Shown here: positions 11,936 to 25,162 of the stretch, piece after piece
How the letters are laid out: each line of letters opens with the position of its first letter
How positions within the stretch are numbered: position 1 is the stretch's first letter
From: Mobula hypostoma
Taxonomy: Eukaryota
Length of the DNA: 64,000 nucleotides
Reading direction: 5' to 3'
NCBI RefSeq assembly: GCF_963921235.1
Contig: NC_086109.1
Coordinates: forward strand, 23,438,001 to 23,502,000
The notes under the pieces: generated by a model
What the model was told of the DNA's origin: nothing
The model's input: the letters and a program-made list of their open reading frames with translations, nothing else
Database searches by the model: none
Position numbers and translations under genes: made by a program

Positions 11936-14139
11936 AACTTATTAATCATATCTCCAACATTCACATTCAAGTCATTAATATGCATCACAATAATCAAGGG
12001 TCCCATCACTGATTCATGGATACACCATTGGTTCAAAGTACATATATGTCACCGTATACAACCATGAGATTCATTTTCTTGCGGGCATTCAGAGTAAATA
12101 AAGGAAACGCAGTAGAATTAATGAAAGACCATACCCAGCAGGACAGAAAAACAACCAATGTGCAAAAGATAACCAATTGTGCAAATACAAAAAGGAAGAA
12201 AAAACATAATAATAATGATAATAATAAATAAGCAATAATTATCAAGAACATGAATTGAAGAGTCCTTGAAAGTGAGTCCATAGGTTGTGAGAGCAGTTTT
12301 ATTCATCACAAGCAGCTTCAACCACCACCCTCTCTAACAGAATATAGTGTAGACTCAGTCTATCATGTGGTCTAATATATCATCTTCACTTGAAGCGAAC
12401 TTATAAAAAATGGTAGGTAGTTGGATGAACTGCACAACATGGGCCTTACAAAAGCCTGGAATGACCATGAAGAATCGCTCTCAAACTTAGCTGTCCTCAA
12501 AACTGCAAATCCCTTCTATATCTGCTATATTATGAGCAATGCTTCTATTTAGACCCATGCACAATACAGACCATGGTCAAGTAAGGCTTTGTCATTACTC
12601 CAGCTCTCTTCCTGATCTTTATTGGTGCATTATTACACCTTGTGTGCCACAGACTTCCCACTGCGGTGGAGCCAAGCTGTAGGAAGAGTAGGAAATGTAC
12701 GAATCACTGTCACATCCAGTCCACAAATAGGCTCTTTTCAGGTACTCTGTAGAACTGAACGGAATTTAACACAGGGGCCAATGTACACCCACTTCACTGA
12801 TCCTCATCTCTTGCTGTATAGATCTTGGGCATCACTGCAATTAGTGGCAACTTAACTGTGTCAGACTATTGTGACACAGACTGTATTTTGAGGGCGATTG
12901 AGAATTTCACCATCAGTTACCCCATTTTGGGTCAAATGGTCTGGGTTTTAAATCCAAAGGCTTACTTCCTTCCAGGGACTCTTCACGAGCAACTGAGATT
13001 GGGTCAGGCTCTCAAACAGTTGTCGTCAGCAGCATTCCAACCTTGCTCCCAAACACACCCACTGACATATTGCAAACATGACTCGAAGTTGGCACTTCAT
13101 TCTTTTGACGTTAGCACACAAATGGACAGAAGGACTCATTGAGGATTTTGACATGTAAATAATTTTTTTTATTGTTGAAAGCGTTTTCTAGAGAGAGTAA
13201 AACAAACAAGTATAGACCATGGGTAAATGCCGATTTCCAGCAATCCCGGTGACGTGCATCGTTGGAGTTCAGCATGAATACTGCACTGTTCCTGCAACAT
13301 AACTCGATTCTGCGTGCCTTTCCGGCATGAGGACATGCCATGGGCTGCTGGTGTAAAGGCCTGAGGTCAATAACCATTGTTGTTCACAGACATAAGGAGT
13401 GTACTGTTCAGCACTGACTTTCATGCTCTGCATGCCCTTCCCCATCTTTGATCTGTAGCCAGTGCTGAACATGCTTAGACTTGAAGCTTCTAACCAAATA
13501 TTCCGAACATTTTGGAGAATTGGATGACGCAAAAGGCAGCCCTTTGGCCCATCATGAATGTGCCATCTCTTTGAAGAAACACTCAGGAACTCCCCAATTT
13601 CCTCCATGAAGTTATTCGTATGATAGAAACCGATTATGCACAGAGCACCTGTGGAGAAAGGAACTGAATATGCTTTCATCAATCGACTATGTAGAAGGAA
13701 TGATTGTGGTCTCTCCTCTGAATGCTTTGCTGAATAAATCAATCATTTGTTTTCCGGTTGGTATGATTCTTTCAGGGAAAATAGTTACTCTGTCAAAACT
13801 TAGGAATTGTAAACACCTCCGTTATATATCTCCATTCCTTTTCCTACTGAGTTCCAATGTCTTCATGTACATGAAGTCTCTTATCCCTGGTACCAGTCTA
13901 GTTAAGGTCTCTCTTGTTGTCTCTCTAAAGGTGCAGCTTGTATCCTGTCCCATCTCACTCCAGCTGATTGGGATTAGCTTGTGCACCCACACCTGAGGCA
14001 ACACTGCTCCTACTCAAGCTTGGCTCCTCAGATAGCCAGCATCCCCTTTTGCTGCTGCCAGTCTAACCAGTGCTTTATCAAAGTTTCACTCAACTTATTG
14101 ATTGGTCATCTATGGTTTGTTAATAAAGGCAAGATGAGA

Positions 14140-15785
14140 ACATAGAGCACAGTACAGATCCTACAGCACATGATGTTGTGCCAATCTTTTAACATACTCC
14201 AAATAAATCTAACCCTTCCCTCCCAAATATCCCTCCATTTTTCTCTCCCCTAAGAGTCTCTTAAATGACAATAATGTATCTACCTTTTCCACCACTACTG
14301 GCAGCACATGCCGTGCACTTACGTCTGTAAAAGACCTACCTCTGACAGCCCCCATACTTTTCTCCAAACACCTTAACATTATGTCCTCTTGCATTAGCCA
14401 TTGGCATCCTGTGAAAAAGACATTGGCTGTCCACTCTATCTATGCCTCTTATCATCTTATGCTTTTCAATTATATTATCACTCATCTTCCTTTGCTCCAA
14501 AATGAAAATCCCTAGCTCGCACAACTTATCCTCAGACGTCTAGGCAGCATCCTGCTAAATTTTCTTTGCACACTCTCTAAAACTTCCACATGCTTCCTAT
14601 AATGAGGTGACCAGAACTGAATACAGCACCTCAAGTGTGATCTGGCCAGAGTTTTATAGTCATAGTCATACTTTATTGATCCCGGAGGAAATTGGTTTTC
14701 GTTACAGTTCCACCACAAATAATAAATAGTAATAGAACCATAAATAGTTAAATAGTAATATGTAAATTATGCCAGTAAATTATGAAATAAGTCCAGGACC
14801 AGCCTATCGACTCAGGGTGTCTGACACTCCAAGGGAGGAGTTGTAAAGTTTGATGGCCACAGGCAGGAATGACTTCCTATGACGCTCTGTGCTGCATCTC
14901 GGAGGAATGAGTCTCTGGCTGAATGTACTCCTGTGCCCATCCAGTACATTATGTCGTGGATGAGAGACATTGACCAAGATGGCATGCAACTTAGACAGCA
15001 TCCTCTTTTCAGACACCACAGTGAGAGAGTCCAGTTCCATCCCCACAACATCACTGGCCTTACGAATGAATTTGTTGATTCTGTTGGTGTCTGCTACCCT
15101 CAGCCTGCTGCCCCAGCACACAACAGCAAACATGATAGCACTGGCCACCACAGACTCGTAGAACATCCTCAGCATCATCTGGCAGATGTTAAAAGGACCT
15201 CAGTCTCCTCAGGAAATAGAGACGGCTCTGACCCTTCTTGTAGACAGCCTCAGTGTTCTTTGACCAGTCCAGTTTATTGTCAATTCGTATCCCCAGGTAT
15301 TTGTAATCCTCCACCATGTCCACACTGACCCCCTGGATGGAAACAGGGGTCACCGGTACCTTAGCTCTCCTCAGGTCTACCACCAGCTCCTTAGTCTTTT
15401 TCACATTAAGCTGCAGATAATTCTGCTCACACCATATGACAAAGTTTCCTACCGTAGCCCTGTACTCAACCTCATCTCCCTTGCTGGTGCATCCAACTAT
15501 GGCAAAGTCATCCGAAAACTTCTACATTACCTTATGGTTCTTTAACTCAATCCCCTAACTAACAAAGGCCAACATAGCAAATGCCTCTTAACCAAGGCAA
15601 CTTTGAGAAATCTATTGATGTGGACCCCAAGATGCCCTGTTCCTTCACATGGCTAAGGATCCTACTGTTAACTCTGTACTCTGCCTTCAAGTTCAACCTT
15701 CCAAAGTGTATCACTTCACACTTCTAGGATATAAGTCCATCTGTCACTTCTTAGCCCAGCTCTGCACCTATCTGCATCCCATTCT
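14140..15785 (-). mobile_element. CR1 LINE 3' fragment, host of the Rex1 insertion
   Basis: YKTLARSHLRCCIQFWSPHYRKHVEVLESVQRKFSRMLP; continues on both sides of 14660-15524. Confidence 0.8.
14657..15524 (-). mobile_element. Young Rex1-type LINE, 5'-truncated, copy 1
   Basis: KTKELVVDLRR...YKYLGIRIDNKLDWSKNTEAVYKKGQSRLYFLRRLRSF / MLRMFYESVVASAIMFAVVCWG...RHRKSFLPVAIKLYNSS, with one frameshift near 15190. (GACTAT)n tail. Confidence 0.9.
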
Positions 15786-15896
15786 AGATCTGATTTGCTT
15801 CATACCATGAATTAAATTCTTCATTACCTTCAGGGAGATTATGCTTCAGTCATACAGTGCATTGACGTGACCTCCTCTAGAGCACTGTGTATGGAG

Positions 15897-16058
15897 ACAA
15901 AATGCTGGAGGAACTCAGCAGGTAAGGCAGCATCTATGGAAATGAATAAGCAGTTGACCTTTCAGGCCAAGACCCTTCTTCAGAAGGGAAGACTTTTGGA
16001 ATTCATTTCCTTAGATGTTACCTGACCTGCTGAGTTCCTCCAGCATTTTGCGTGTGTC
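15897..16058. repeat. Head-to-head inverted pair of Penelope-like fragments (hairpin)
   Basis: caaaatgctggaggaactcagcaggt ... acctgctgagttcctccagcattttg form a perfect 26-bp inverted repeat. Confidence 0.9.
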
Positions 16059-18027
16059 GCTTTAGCATTTAAATAATTTTAAGATGAATTATTTGGGCTC
16101 ACATTGACTGGCATCAGGCCTGGTATTCAGTTTGAGCAAGGAGATGAAAGTTTAACGTGGGTTGACTAGAATACAGAGTTGTGGCTACAGTCAGATCAGC
16201 CTTGATACATAAAGGAGCTGGTTTGAGGGGCTGAAAGACCTCCTCCTTTGAATGTAGGTAGGTTCCTGGATTTATATAGCTGGAATTCCACACCGTTCCC
16301 ACTTCAAAATAGTGCCAATTCCATAGTGTTGATATTCCAATCTCTTCTTCCTAAAGCTCTTCACTAGTAATTCTTCCCTCCTTTTTCCCTTGGAGTGGGA
16401 ATGGATGAAAGGAGTTTGAAGGAGTCTGATAGACTTTCATCACTTCCTTTCATCTTACACTGCTCCCAGCTCTAACTACTCAAGGAATTCAAGTTAAAAG
16501 GCCTTTGCCTCTGCTCTGTGACCTGGATTTTGGACAGTTACTCAATTGAAAGAAAAAACCTGCATTTCTTTGACACCTTTCACAACCTCTGAATGTTCTA
16601 GAGTCTTTTAACACCAGTGGATAAAGTCCTCCTGACCAGTTTAACTGCAGCAGCCTCCTGGGATGAGTTTTTTTTTGCTCTTCAAATGATACTGCAGGAG
16701 AGGTCAGAATCAGGTTTATTAATACTGACATGCAGGTATGTCATGAAATTTGTCTGGTGACAGCAGTACAATGCAAAATGTTATAAAATTACTATCGGCT
16801 ATAATTAAATAAACACAGTAAGTAAATTGTGTAAAAGAAGAATAGTGTGGTAGTGTTCATGGACTATTCAGAAATCTGATGGCAGAGGGGAAGGAGCTGA
16901 TCCTGAAACATTGAATGTGAGTCTTCAGGATCCTCGCTGAAATTAGTAATGACAAGAGAGCACGTTCTGGATGGTGAGGGTCCCTAATGATGACTGTAGC
17001 CATCTTGAGGTAGCACCATTTGAAGATCTCTCCAGTGGTGGGAAGGCTTGTGTCTGTGATAGAGCTGGCTGACTCTACAACCTTCAGCAGTCTCAATGCT
17101 GCCCATTGGAGCCTCCGTACCAGGCAACGATGCAGCCAGCTAAAATGCTCTCCGTGGTGTATCTGCAGAGATTTGCTGGAGTATTTGTCAGCTTATCAAA
17201 TCTCCTTAAACTCATAATGCCTCTGGCATGTCTTCTTCATGATTGCGTCAATATATTGGGCCCAGGTTAGACCCCCTAAATTGTTGATGTCCAGGAACTT
17301 AACGCTACTCACCCTTTCCACCACTGACCTCTCACTGAGGACTGGTGTGTGTTCTCCCAAATTAATATGCGGAAGTGTGATGGGTATAAAATTAAAGCCC
17401 TACCTAACCATGGTCAGTGTGAATCTGATTTGAGCCATTGGACTTGTGATATTTTTTCCAAACGTGTCCGGGTGGAATAGACGTATTTTCAGAGAACAGA
17501 TGCCACATTTGACTGGTTCAAGCCTGGATAAGTCCCTACTCCATACCCTTGCCCTACCACACCCCTTATCTGTCTGTGGGTGTATGTCACTGTTTAACAG
17601 TAACACCAGGCAAAATTGCCTGGGAAGGTGACCCCTGATTATTGGCAACATTTGGCATTTACTTCCAGGGTGGATTTCAGTGCCTGAGCAAGAAGGTGGT
17701 AAACTGCAGACAATTGCTTGAGAAAGTACATCACAAGTAGTGAGAATGCCCAGTCTGGATTTCCTTGAAATCAATGTCACATTTTGACACCAGCACAGAG
17801 CCAAGTGAGATGATAGTGCCCAGAAAACATGATCCAAGCTCTCTGTACTCTTCCCATTGCAGATGTCACAACTGACTGGATGCAAACTTGAAACTCAAGT
17901 TTGAGAAACTCTCTCCAAGACCAGACAACATTCACTGTCCACTTCCTTTCCTATGTCATACACCTTGGCTCTGACACTTTGTCAAGTCTGGAACTGACAG
18001 CTGAAAATCCTGTGTTAGTGCTCTGGT

Positions 18028-18838
18028 AAGATGGCGGTGTGCTTGGATACAGCAGTCACTCCAGGTCCAAACAAAGGTGCAATTGTTCGTCCTTTATGCC
18101 TTTTTTATGATCACAAGACGCTGCCGGTTATCAAGATTATTAAGTACTGCAGGTCTAACCCTATCAGCAAGTTGCTCGATAGCGATGGAGCTCAATTTAT
18201 TAAGTACCATAGTTGAGTTTTTGTGTACCACTGAGGCAGTTTGAGGTCCAAAAGAGGTGCGAGTGATTGTCTCTGATATTTTTCTTGTGATTGCAAGACC
18301 CTGTTGGATATTGGTAATGTGGAATACTGCAAGTCTATTTCATTGGTTTCTTGGTGAGACTGGCAGTGGGAGAGCTGCATTGCCTTGGTTGTGGCGAGGA
18401 CTAGGCCCTTGGACTGTGTGATCACCTGTTGCAGGCGCTCAGGGGAGGATACACCAAGGCAGTGAGGGTGAGAGCAGAGGCTTCTTTGGGGATGCTAGGT
18501 TCTGTGCTGGGTTATGGGCTGGCCTCTCCCATCGGTCCTGACCTCCAGTGTTTGTTTGACGCTGCCCTCAAGTGTTCACTCAGTGCTGCTTTCCAGTGAT
18601 CCCTCAGTGGAAGAGCAAGCTAGACCAGGACAACATCCTATGCACCATCATTCTACAGGTCATGCCATTCAAGGAATTAGGCTATATTGTTTTTGTGATT
18701 GCATGTTTTCCTCTATCATAACCATATGTGTTATGTGTTGTGTGCTGTTGGTCGTGTGTCTTGCACCTTGACCCCAGAGGAACACTTTTGTTTGGCTATT
18801 TTCATGAATAGTTGAATGATTATTGAACTTGAACTTGA
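18028..18838 (+). mobile_element. Retroposon family A, copy 2
   Basis: aagatggcgg start, gaacttgaacttga tail; homologous to the 1490 and 32224 copies. Confidence 0.7.
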
Positions 18839-20024
18839 GTTATTTAAGCCACGCTAGCATAACCTGGCCTAAAATGGAAAACTTCAGCAGAACATATGCC
18901 TGATCCAATATAGTTGGTTCTCATTGTGTTCAGGTTAGGGAGCCAGTATCTTTAATGTATCTCCGAGAAGAGCAGCCTAGATTTTAATGCCCAAATCTCT
19001 CAAGTGGGATTTGATGTTGTAAATCACAGGTAAAAATATTACCCAGTGAACCACAGATGACACAACTTGAAAAACAAATTCTTGCAAATGCTAGGAGCGC
19101 AAAATAAAAACAAAAAATGTTGGAGACACTCGGCAGGTCAGGCAGCATCTGTGGAAAGGGAATCAGAATTCACTTCTCAGGCCGGACATCCTTCTGAAAG
19201 TTAGTTCATCAACTGGGAATTCTTGTAAGGCTTGTTCAGATTGAGGTTTGTTCTCTCAAACGTGGAACAGAGCAACTAACCCAAGAAAACATAATTTTAA
19301 TTTCCAAGACTATATTAAGTAATGTGAACTACAACATACTTCTTCTACTTCTTGGTTCCTTAGGTCCCAGTGGAACATAGGCCATTGCTGACCTCCCATC
19401 TCCATTGTCCAAAGTTGATGGTATGGTTGGAGTTCATCAATGTTTCTGTAATCCATTGTATCCTCTGTACAGGGGATTGGCCTATACAGCTTCACCAGAA
19501 CCCTATTGGCTGGCCTTACCCGTTTCCACCTCTCATGATGGGAATGTAAGGTTGGACTTTGAAGGGCAAACTACAACATGAGTAACCCTGAATTAGGATA
19601 GGATAAAAAGATTTGAAATCTCATTTGACTGAGGGTCTGCACTGTGCATTAAGCCATACTGCTGTGGTTCACACTGGAATCTTGGGCCAGATTGCACTAT
19701 ATATTGACTAACTGACCTGATTCTGAACAAGACCAAAACCAACTGAGATGAGCTAAGCTGGCATACAGCCATCTGGGTGATGATATTTTTGATGATGTTT
19801 TAGCGGAACAAGTAAGGAGAAATTGCTTTTTAAAGTAGAACAGTCCATAACCAGAGGACCCAGAGCTGAAGTAATTGGCAAAATGATGGATGATGATCGG
19901 AGGAAGAAAATATTATGCAGCAAGTTGCTTGGATCTGCAGTGCACTGCCTGAAAAATGAATTGAATAAATACTTGAAGGTAATAAAAATTGCCGCGCTAT
20001 GGAGAAGATGCAGAGTATTGGGTT

Positions 20025-20490
20025 AACCCTGGAATAAAGGGGTTAACATGTGAAGAGTGTTTGTTTGCTCTAGGCCTGTGCTTACTGGAGTTTATAAGAA
20101 AGAGGAGGAATCTAATTGCAGCCCATCAAATATTGAAAACCCTAGGATGTTGAGAGGGCGGTTTCCAATAGCGAGGGAGTTTAGGAGCAGAGGGAACAAC
20201 CTCAGAATACAAGGACATCCCCTTAGAACAGAGATGAGGAGGGCTTTCTTTAGCCAAAGGGTGGTGAATCTGTAGAATTCATTGCCACAGATGGCTGTGG
20301 AAGCTAAGTCATTGGGTATATTTAAAGTGGAGGTTGATAGGTTTTTGATTCGTAAGGGTGTCAAAGGTTACAGAAAGAAGGCAGGAAATGGGGTTGAGAG
20401 GGACAAAAAATCAGCCATGATAGAATGGTGGAGCAGACTCTATAGGTGGAATGGACTAATTTTGCTCCTGGGTCTTGTGGTCAATTAATT
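20025..20490 (+). mobile_element. CR1 LINE 3' fragment
   Basis: RSRGNNLRIQGHPLRTEMRRAFFSQRVVNL and CR1 3'UTR. Confidence 0.85.
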
Positions 20491-21716
20491 GGTGGCTCTT
20501 CCATAGACGTACCTTAAGTTTAGTAGTACCAGAAGCTTTCTAAGTTATGTAAATCATTGATTCCATGTTGACTTAAAGATAGGATTGCATTTGCTTTAAG
20601 TTCTTACAAGTGACCATCACAGAGGAGCTTTCTCAGACCACCAACACCTCCTCAATAGTAGGGAAGGCTCAGCTCCGCCTACACTATCTTAGGAGTTTAA
20701 AGAGAGCAAAAAGATGCTGGTAAAGGGTCCACTAATGAAGGGGCTTGGCTTGAAACGTCGACTGTTTACTCTTTTCCATAGATGCTGCCTGGGCTGCTGA
20801 GTTCCCCCAGCATTTTATGCATGTAGCTGCTGGTAAACCTTCATTGATGTGTAATTGAGAGCATACTGACCTACTGCACAACAGTATGGTACACTATTTG
20901 CAACAAGATTGACCAAAAAGCACTTCAGCGAGTGATCAGGACTGCACAGGCTATCACCGGGATACAACTACCAGATATGGAAACCGTCTACATCTCATGA
21001 TGTCCTCAGTGTGCTTGCAAAATCATGATGGACTCATCCCACCTCAGTTATCACTGTTCAATCTCCTACCATCTGGCAGGAGATACAGAAACATCTCTGC
21101 ATGGACATACAGACTGAAAATCAGCATTTTCCCCAGGGCTGTCGTGCAACTGAACAATGCCCCATTTAGAGTTGTTTGTTTTAATTCAGTTGTAACTTGG
21201 ATGACACTCTAAATTACTCAGATGATATTTTAAATTTAGTGATTGTATTATTAGTAATTGCAATGCCAGTATGTTGCTTTGCACTGGATGGAGTTGGTTG
21301 TCCTCAGCAATGACAATGAAGCTCCAGCAATGTAGCCCACAGATAATTGGCAGCTAAGCACCTGAAGTTGGCTTCACACACTTATTAGCAACATTGGACA
21401 CATTCATTGCAATGAATTGGTTACTGAGAATCCTGTCTAAAGCAGTAAAGCTGGAAGATGCCTCCTGTATGAACGCATGTTGGAAATGCATGAAAGAAAG
21501 TGTTGTCAACATGTTTTATCTGAGTATCTGTCAATATCACTGACATATTACTGAAGATATTAAATTGATACCGGAGCTGCCCTAATTTTGTTTACCTTAA
21601 ATACTATGGCTGTGCTATCTTTTTATTAATCAATGTTAATTTGAATGGGTAAATATTTCTCCTCTGAAGTTTTTTGACTTTTTCCTCCTGAAGTCCTGAT
21701 TTCGTCCATGATTTTC

Positions 21717-21718
<2 letters not shown>

Positions 21719-21774
<56 letters not shown>

Positions 21775-21785
21775 CGCGTGCGTAC
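21719..21785. repeat. (TG)26 microsatellite with CG-alternating extension
   Basis: Direct reading: 52 nt of TG followed by cgtgcgcgtgcgtac. Confidence 0.97.
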
Positions 21786-22083
21786 TGGGCTGACCCAGTA
21801 CACTGAGCCCACAGGGCAGTGGGCACTAACCAGACTTGCCCAGGCAGACCCTACCAACCAAGTTTGTGCTAATGGTCTATGACACTGCTGTGGCAAAAAC
21901 AGTGACCTTTCCACTTGATTTGACTAAAATAATGCTTCAAATCCAAGGGAAAGCTGTTGACTGATTTTCTTAAATATCAAAACCGTAGAGGGGAATAATA
22001 CATCAACATTTGGAATAGTTAAAGAGGATGTCCTGTTTAAGCTGTGGCAAGGCAGCGTTCCTACCTACCATCTACAAACGTAT

Positions 22084-22141
22084 GCTCAGTGTCTACTTTA
22101 TTAGCTACCACCTGTACCTAATAAAGTGATCACTGAGTGTA
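22084..22141. mobile_element. Tc1-derived mini-MITE (two TIRs only)
   Basis: ctcagtgtctactttattag...ctaataaagtgatcactgagtg; same TIR as the 1375-2678 element. Confidence 0.7.
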
Positions 22142-23194
22142 GTGTGTGTGTGTGTTCTGGTGTACAAATGGTCACATATGAAAAACTTTGTGATTCACTG
22201 GTTAAGAGGAATCATGATGGCTACTTCCCTTTGTGGGTAAATGCAAAGAACTGTTGTGAAACATTCCAAAGATGTGTAGGTCAGGGTTAGTAAATAGTTG
22301 GCAAACTATGTTGGCACCGGAAGCATGCAACACTTGTGGGCTGCCCCCCTGCACGTCCTCGGAAGTGCAATTGGTCATTGGTGCATTTCACTGTAAGTTT
22401 TGATGTACATGTGACGAATAAAGCAAATCTTTAAATCTTGTTTTTTTTGCATGTTCTTATGCTACTCTGCCTGCTGCCAATTTCATTGCGTCCTCTCTTG
22501 CAGTGCAGCCACCTTTTTCAGATCTCAATTCTAAGGAAGTGTTCGTTGCCCTCTGCCTTGCCTCTACACTGAAATTTAGTGATGTTCAAAACTGATGTCA
22601 TTTCATCTGCTATCTTCACTGTGACATTTTTCAGTCTTTGTTAGATTTAGATTATGAGGACACTCAGTCCTCGTTTATTGTCATTTAGAAATGCATGCAT
22701 TAAAAAATGATACAATGCTCTTCCAGAATGATATCACAAGAAAACACGGGACAAACCAAGACTAAAACTGACAAAACCACATAATTATAACATATAGTTA
22801 CAACAGTGCAAAGCAATACCATAATTTGATAAAGAGCAGACCATGGGCATGGTAAAAAAAAAATGTGGCATTGATAGTCACCTGCAGAACAACTACTATC
22901 ATATATAGATACTGTATGAATACATACTGTATATAAATACATTTACATACATAAGCGTTTGTGTGCATGGATGGGAGGGAGGAACGGGGCTTGTTTTTGC
23001 TGATGTTGTTTTGTTGCTTGTTGTGTTGTGTGTTGTTCTGCCGAGCATTGTGGGCATGCTATGTTGGCATTGGAATGTGTGGCGACACTTGTGGGCTGCC
23101 CCCAGCAAATCCTTGGATGTGTTGGCTGTTAATACAAATGCCACATTTCACTTGACGTTTCAATGTACGTGTGATAAATTAACTTGAATCTTGG

Positions 23195-23428
23195 ACTTTT
23201 GCCACCTATCACCTCCCAGCTTCTCACCCCACCCTCCTACCTTCCCCATCATCTGGCTTCACCTGTCACCTTCTACTTCTTTCCTATTCCCCACCTTCTT
23301 ATTCTGGCTTCTTTGCCGTTCCTTTCTAGTCCCGATGAAGGGTCTCGGCCCAAAACATTGACTCTTTATTCCTCTCCATAGATGCTGCCTGACCTGCTGA
23401 GTCCCTCCAGCATTTTGTGTGTGTTGCT
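23195..23428 (+). mobile_element. Penelope-like repeat fragment
   Basis: Pyrimidine-rich body, then tagtcccgatgaagggtctcggcccaaaacattgact and tagatgctgcctgacctgctgag. Confidence 0.7.
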
Positions 23429-24529
23429 CCTGAAATACGTAGAGTGTCTTGCAGGACCAGTATCAAAGAAAATTCCTTGCCACTGAACCTGGAGGGTGTT
23501 TAGTGTGCATGGCAAAACCTGGATCAAAGAGCTGAAGACTGAAAGCATTTATTCAGCTGCTTCTGCTGTTACCTTGATTTCTTGTGCACTCAAATAATCC
23601 CCCTATGATTTCCATCTATTGTGGCCTTGCACTACTGGTTCAGTATAGTTACACAAAAATTCTTCCACTTGAATAAGAGGTCATAATTGATCCAGGAGGT
23701 GCTTTCAGAGCATTGGATGAGAATCTGCATGGGCGGGCGGGATAAAGTTCTGCTGATTACGGGGAAAGAGCAGTGTGGTGTTTTCAGAAAGCTGACACAG
23801 GCGCGAAGAGGCAAATGACCTCACTCTGAGCCGTACAGCTTCATTCTCACAGAAGTCGATCTATCCATGTGATTCTACCACCCTACTCACCTTCTCTAGT
23901 TCCACCTCAGCCCTGTGCAATGTGGGTCATGTTAACCTCCTTTTTCAGATTACTGTCACGACACTAATCCGCAAAACTCCTCAACCCCGTTTTGCGGCAT
24001 CACTTTGGGGCAAATAGTCTACGAGAAGCACCACCACTCCTGCATCTATATTTTCACGTGCAAACTGTTTAGTAGGAATCTGCATCTGAATCTGAAGCAG
24101 GTTGCAATTGAGGGGCAGCGTATTACAGAGCTGTGTGAGAATGAGGTAGGTTTAAAAAGAAAGTTTCTGCCAAATAGTTTATCTTGCCTTTGAGCATTGT
24201 GCAATGATTTTTTTTTGTGGTTTAGTTTCAGAAGACAGTCAGTACAGTAGAACTAAATCAAAAAGGGGAAGAAGGTGATGAGTTATGGAAAAATATAGCC
24301 TGTGGTTTATTTAACATTTCCCCTGTGCTGAATCAGTCCACGTAGTGCACAGCAATTAAACGTTGACTACCCACTCACATCTGCCACGGTAACATTCATT
24401 TACATCTTGCACAGGTCCTGTATCTCTAGGGCCCTGTATGCAAAATTACAAACAATACAAAGTCAAAGATGAATAACACACACAGATGGAATATGAGGTG
24501 TTGCTTCTCCTACTTGAGGAGCATTGATT

Positions 24530-24975
24530 TCTCGAACGTCCAGTAATTTCTCCCCCCTACCCCTTTTCTCTTCATTCCCTATTCAGGCTCCTCTCTCACC
24601 TCTTCTTCTCACCTGCGTATCACCTCCCTCTGGTGCCCTTCCTCCTTCTCTTTCTCCCACAGTCCACTCTGCTCTCCAATCAGATTCCTTCTTCAGCCCT
24701 TTGCCTTTACCACCTCTCACTTCCCAGCTTCTCACTTTGCCTCCATACCTTCCCCCTCACACAACTTCACCTATCGCTTTCTAGCTTGTATGCCTTCCCC
24801 TCCTCCCCCATATTCTTATTCTAGCTTCTTCTTCCTTTCTTTCCAGTCCTGCTGAAGGGCCTCAACCTGAAACATTAACTCTTTATTCCTTTCCACAGAT
24901 GCTGCCTGACCTGCTGAGTTCATTCAGCATTTCATGTGTGTTATTTTGAATTTCCAGGCTGCAGAATCTCTTGTA
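24530..24975 (+). mobile_element. Penelope-like repeat fragment (longer copy)
   Basis: Same family as 23195-23428; cagtcctgctgaagggcctcaacctgaaacatt. Confidence 0.7.
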
Positions 24976-25162
24976 TTTAAAGTTACTTACTGCCTGCTAC
25001 ACCACTGGTGTTTGGGGCAGCAATGAAGGTCCTACACCTCCGTTTGTATAGATGGATTCTTCATTGCTGTTTCGTAATAATTGTTGTTTGACCAGTCAGT
25101 TTTGTTAGCCCTGAGCTTAACCCCCAAACCTGGAAGACCAGCGGACCAATGGACCACTCTTA

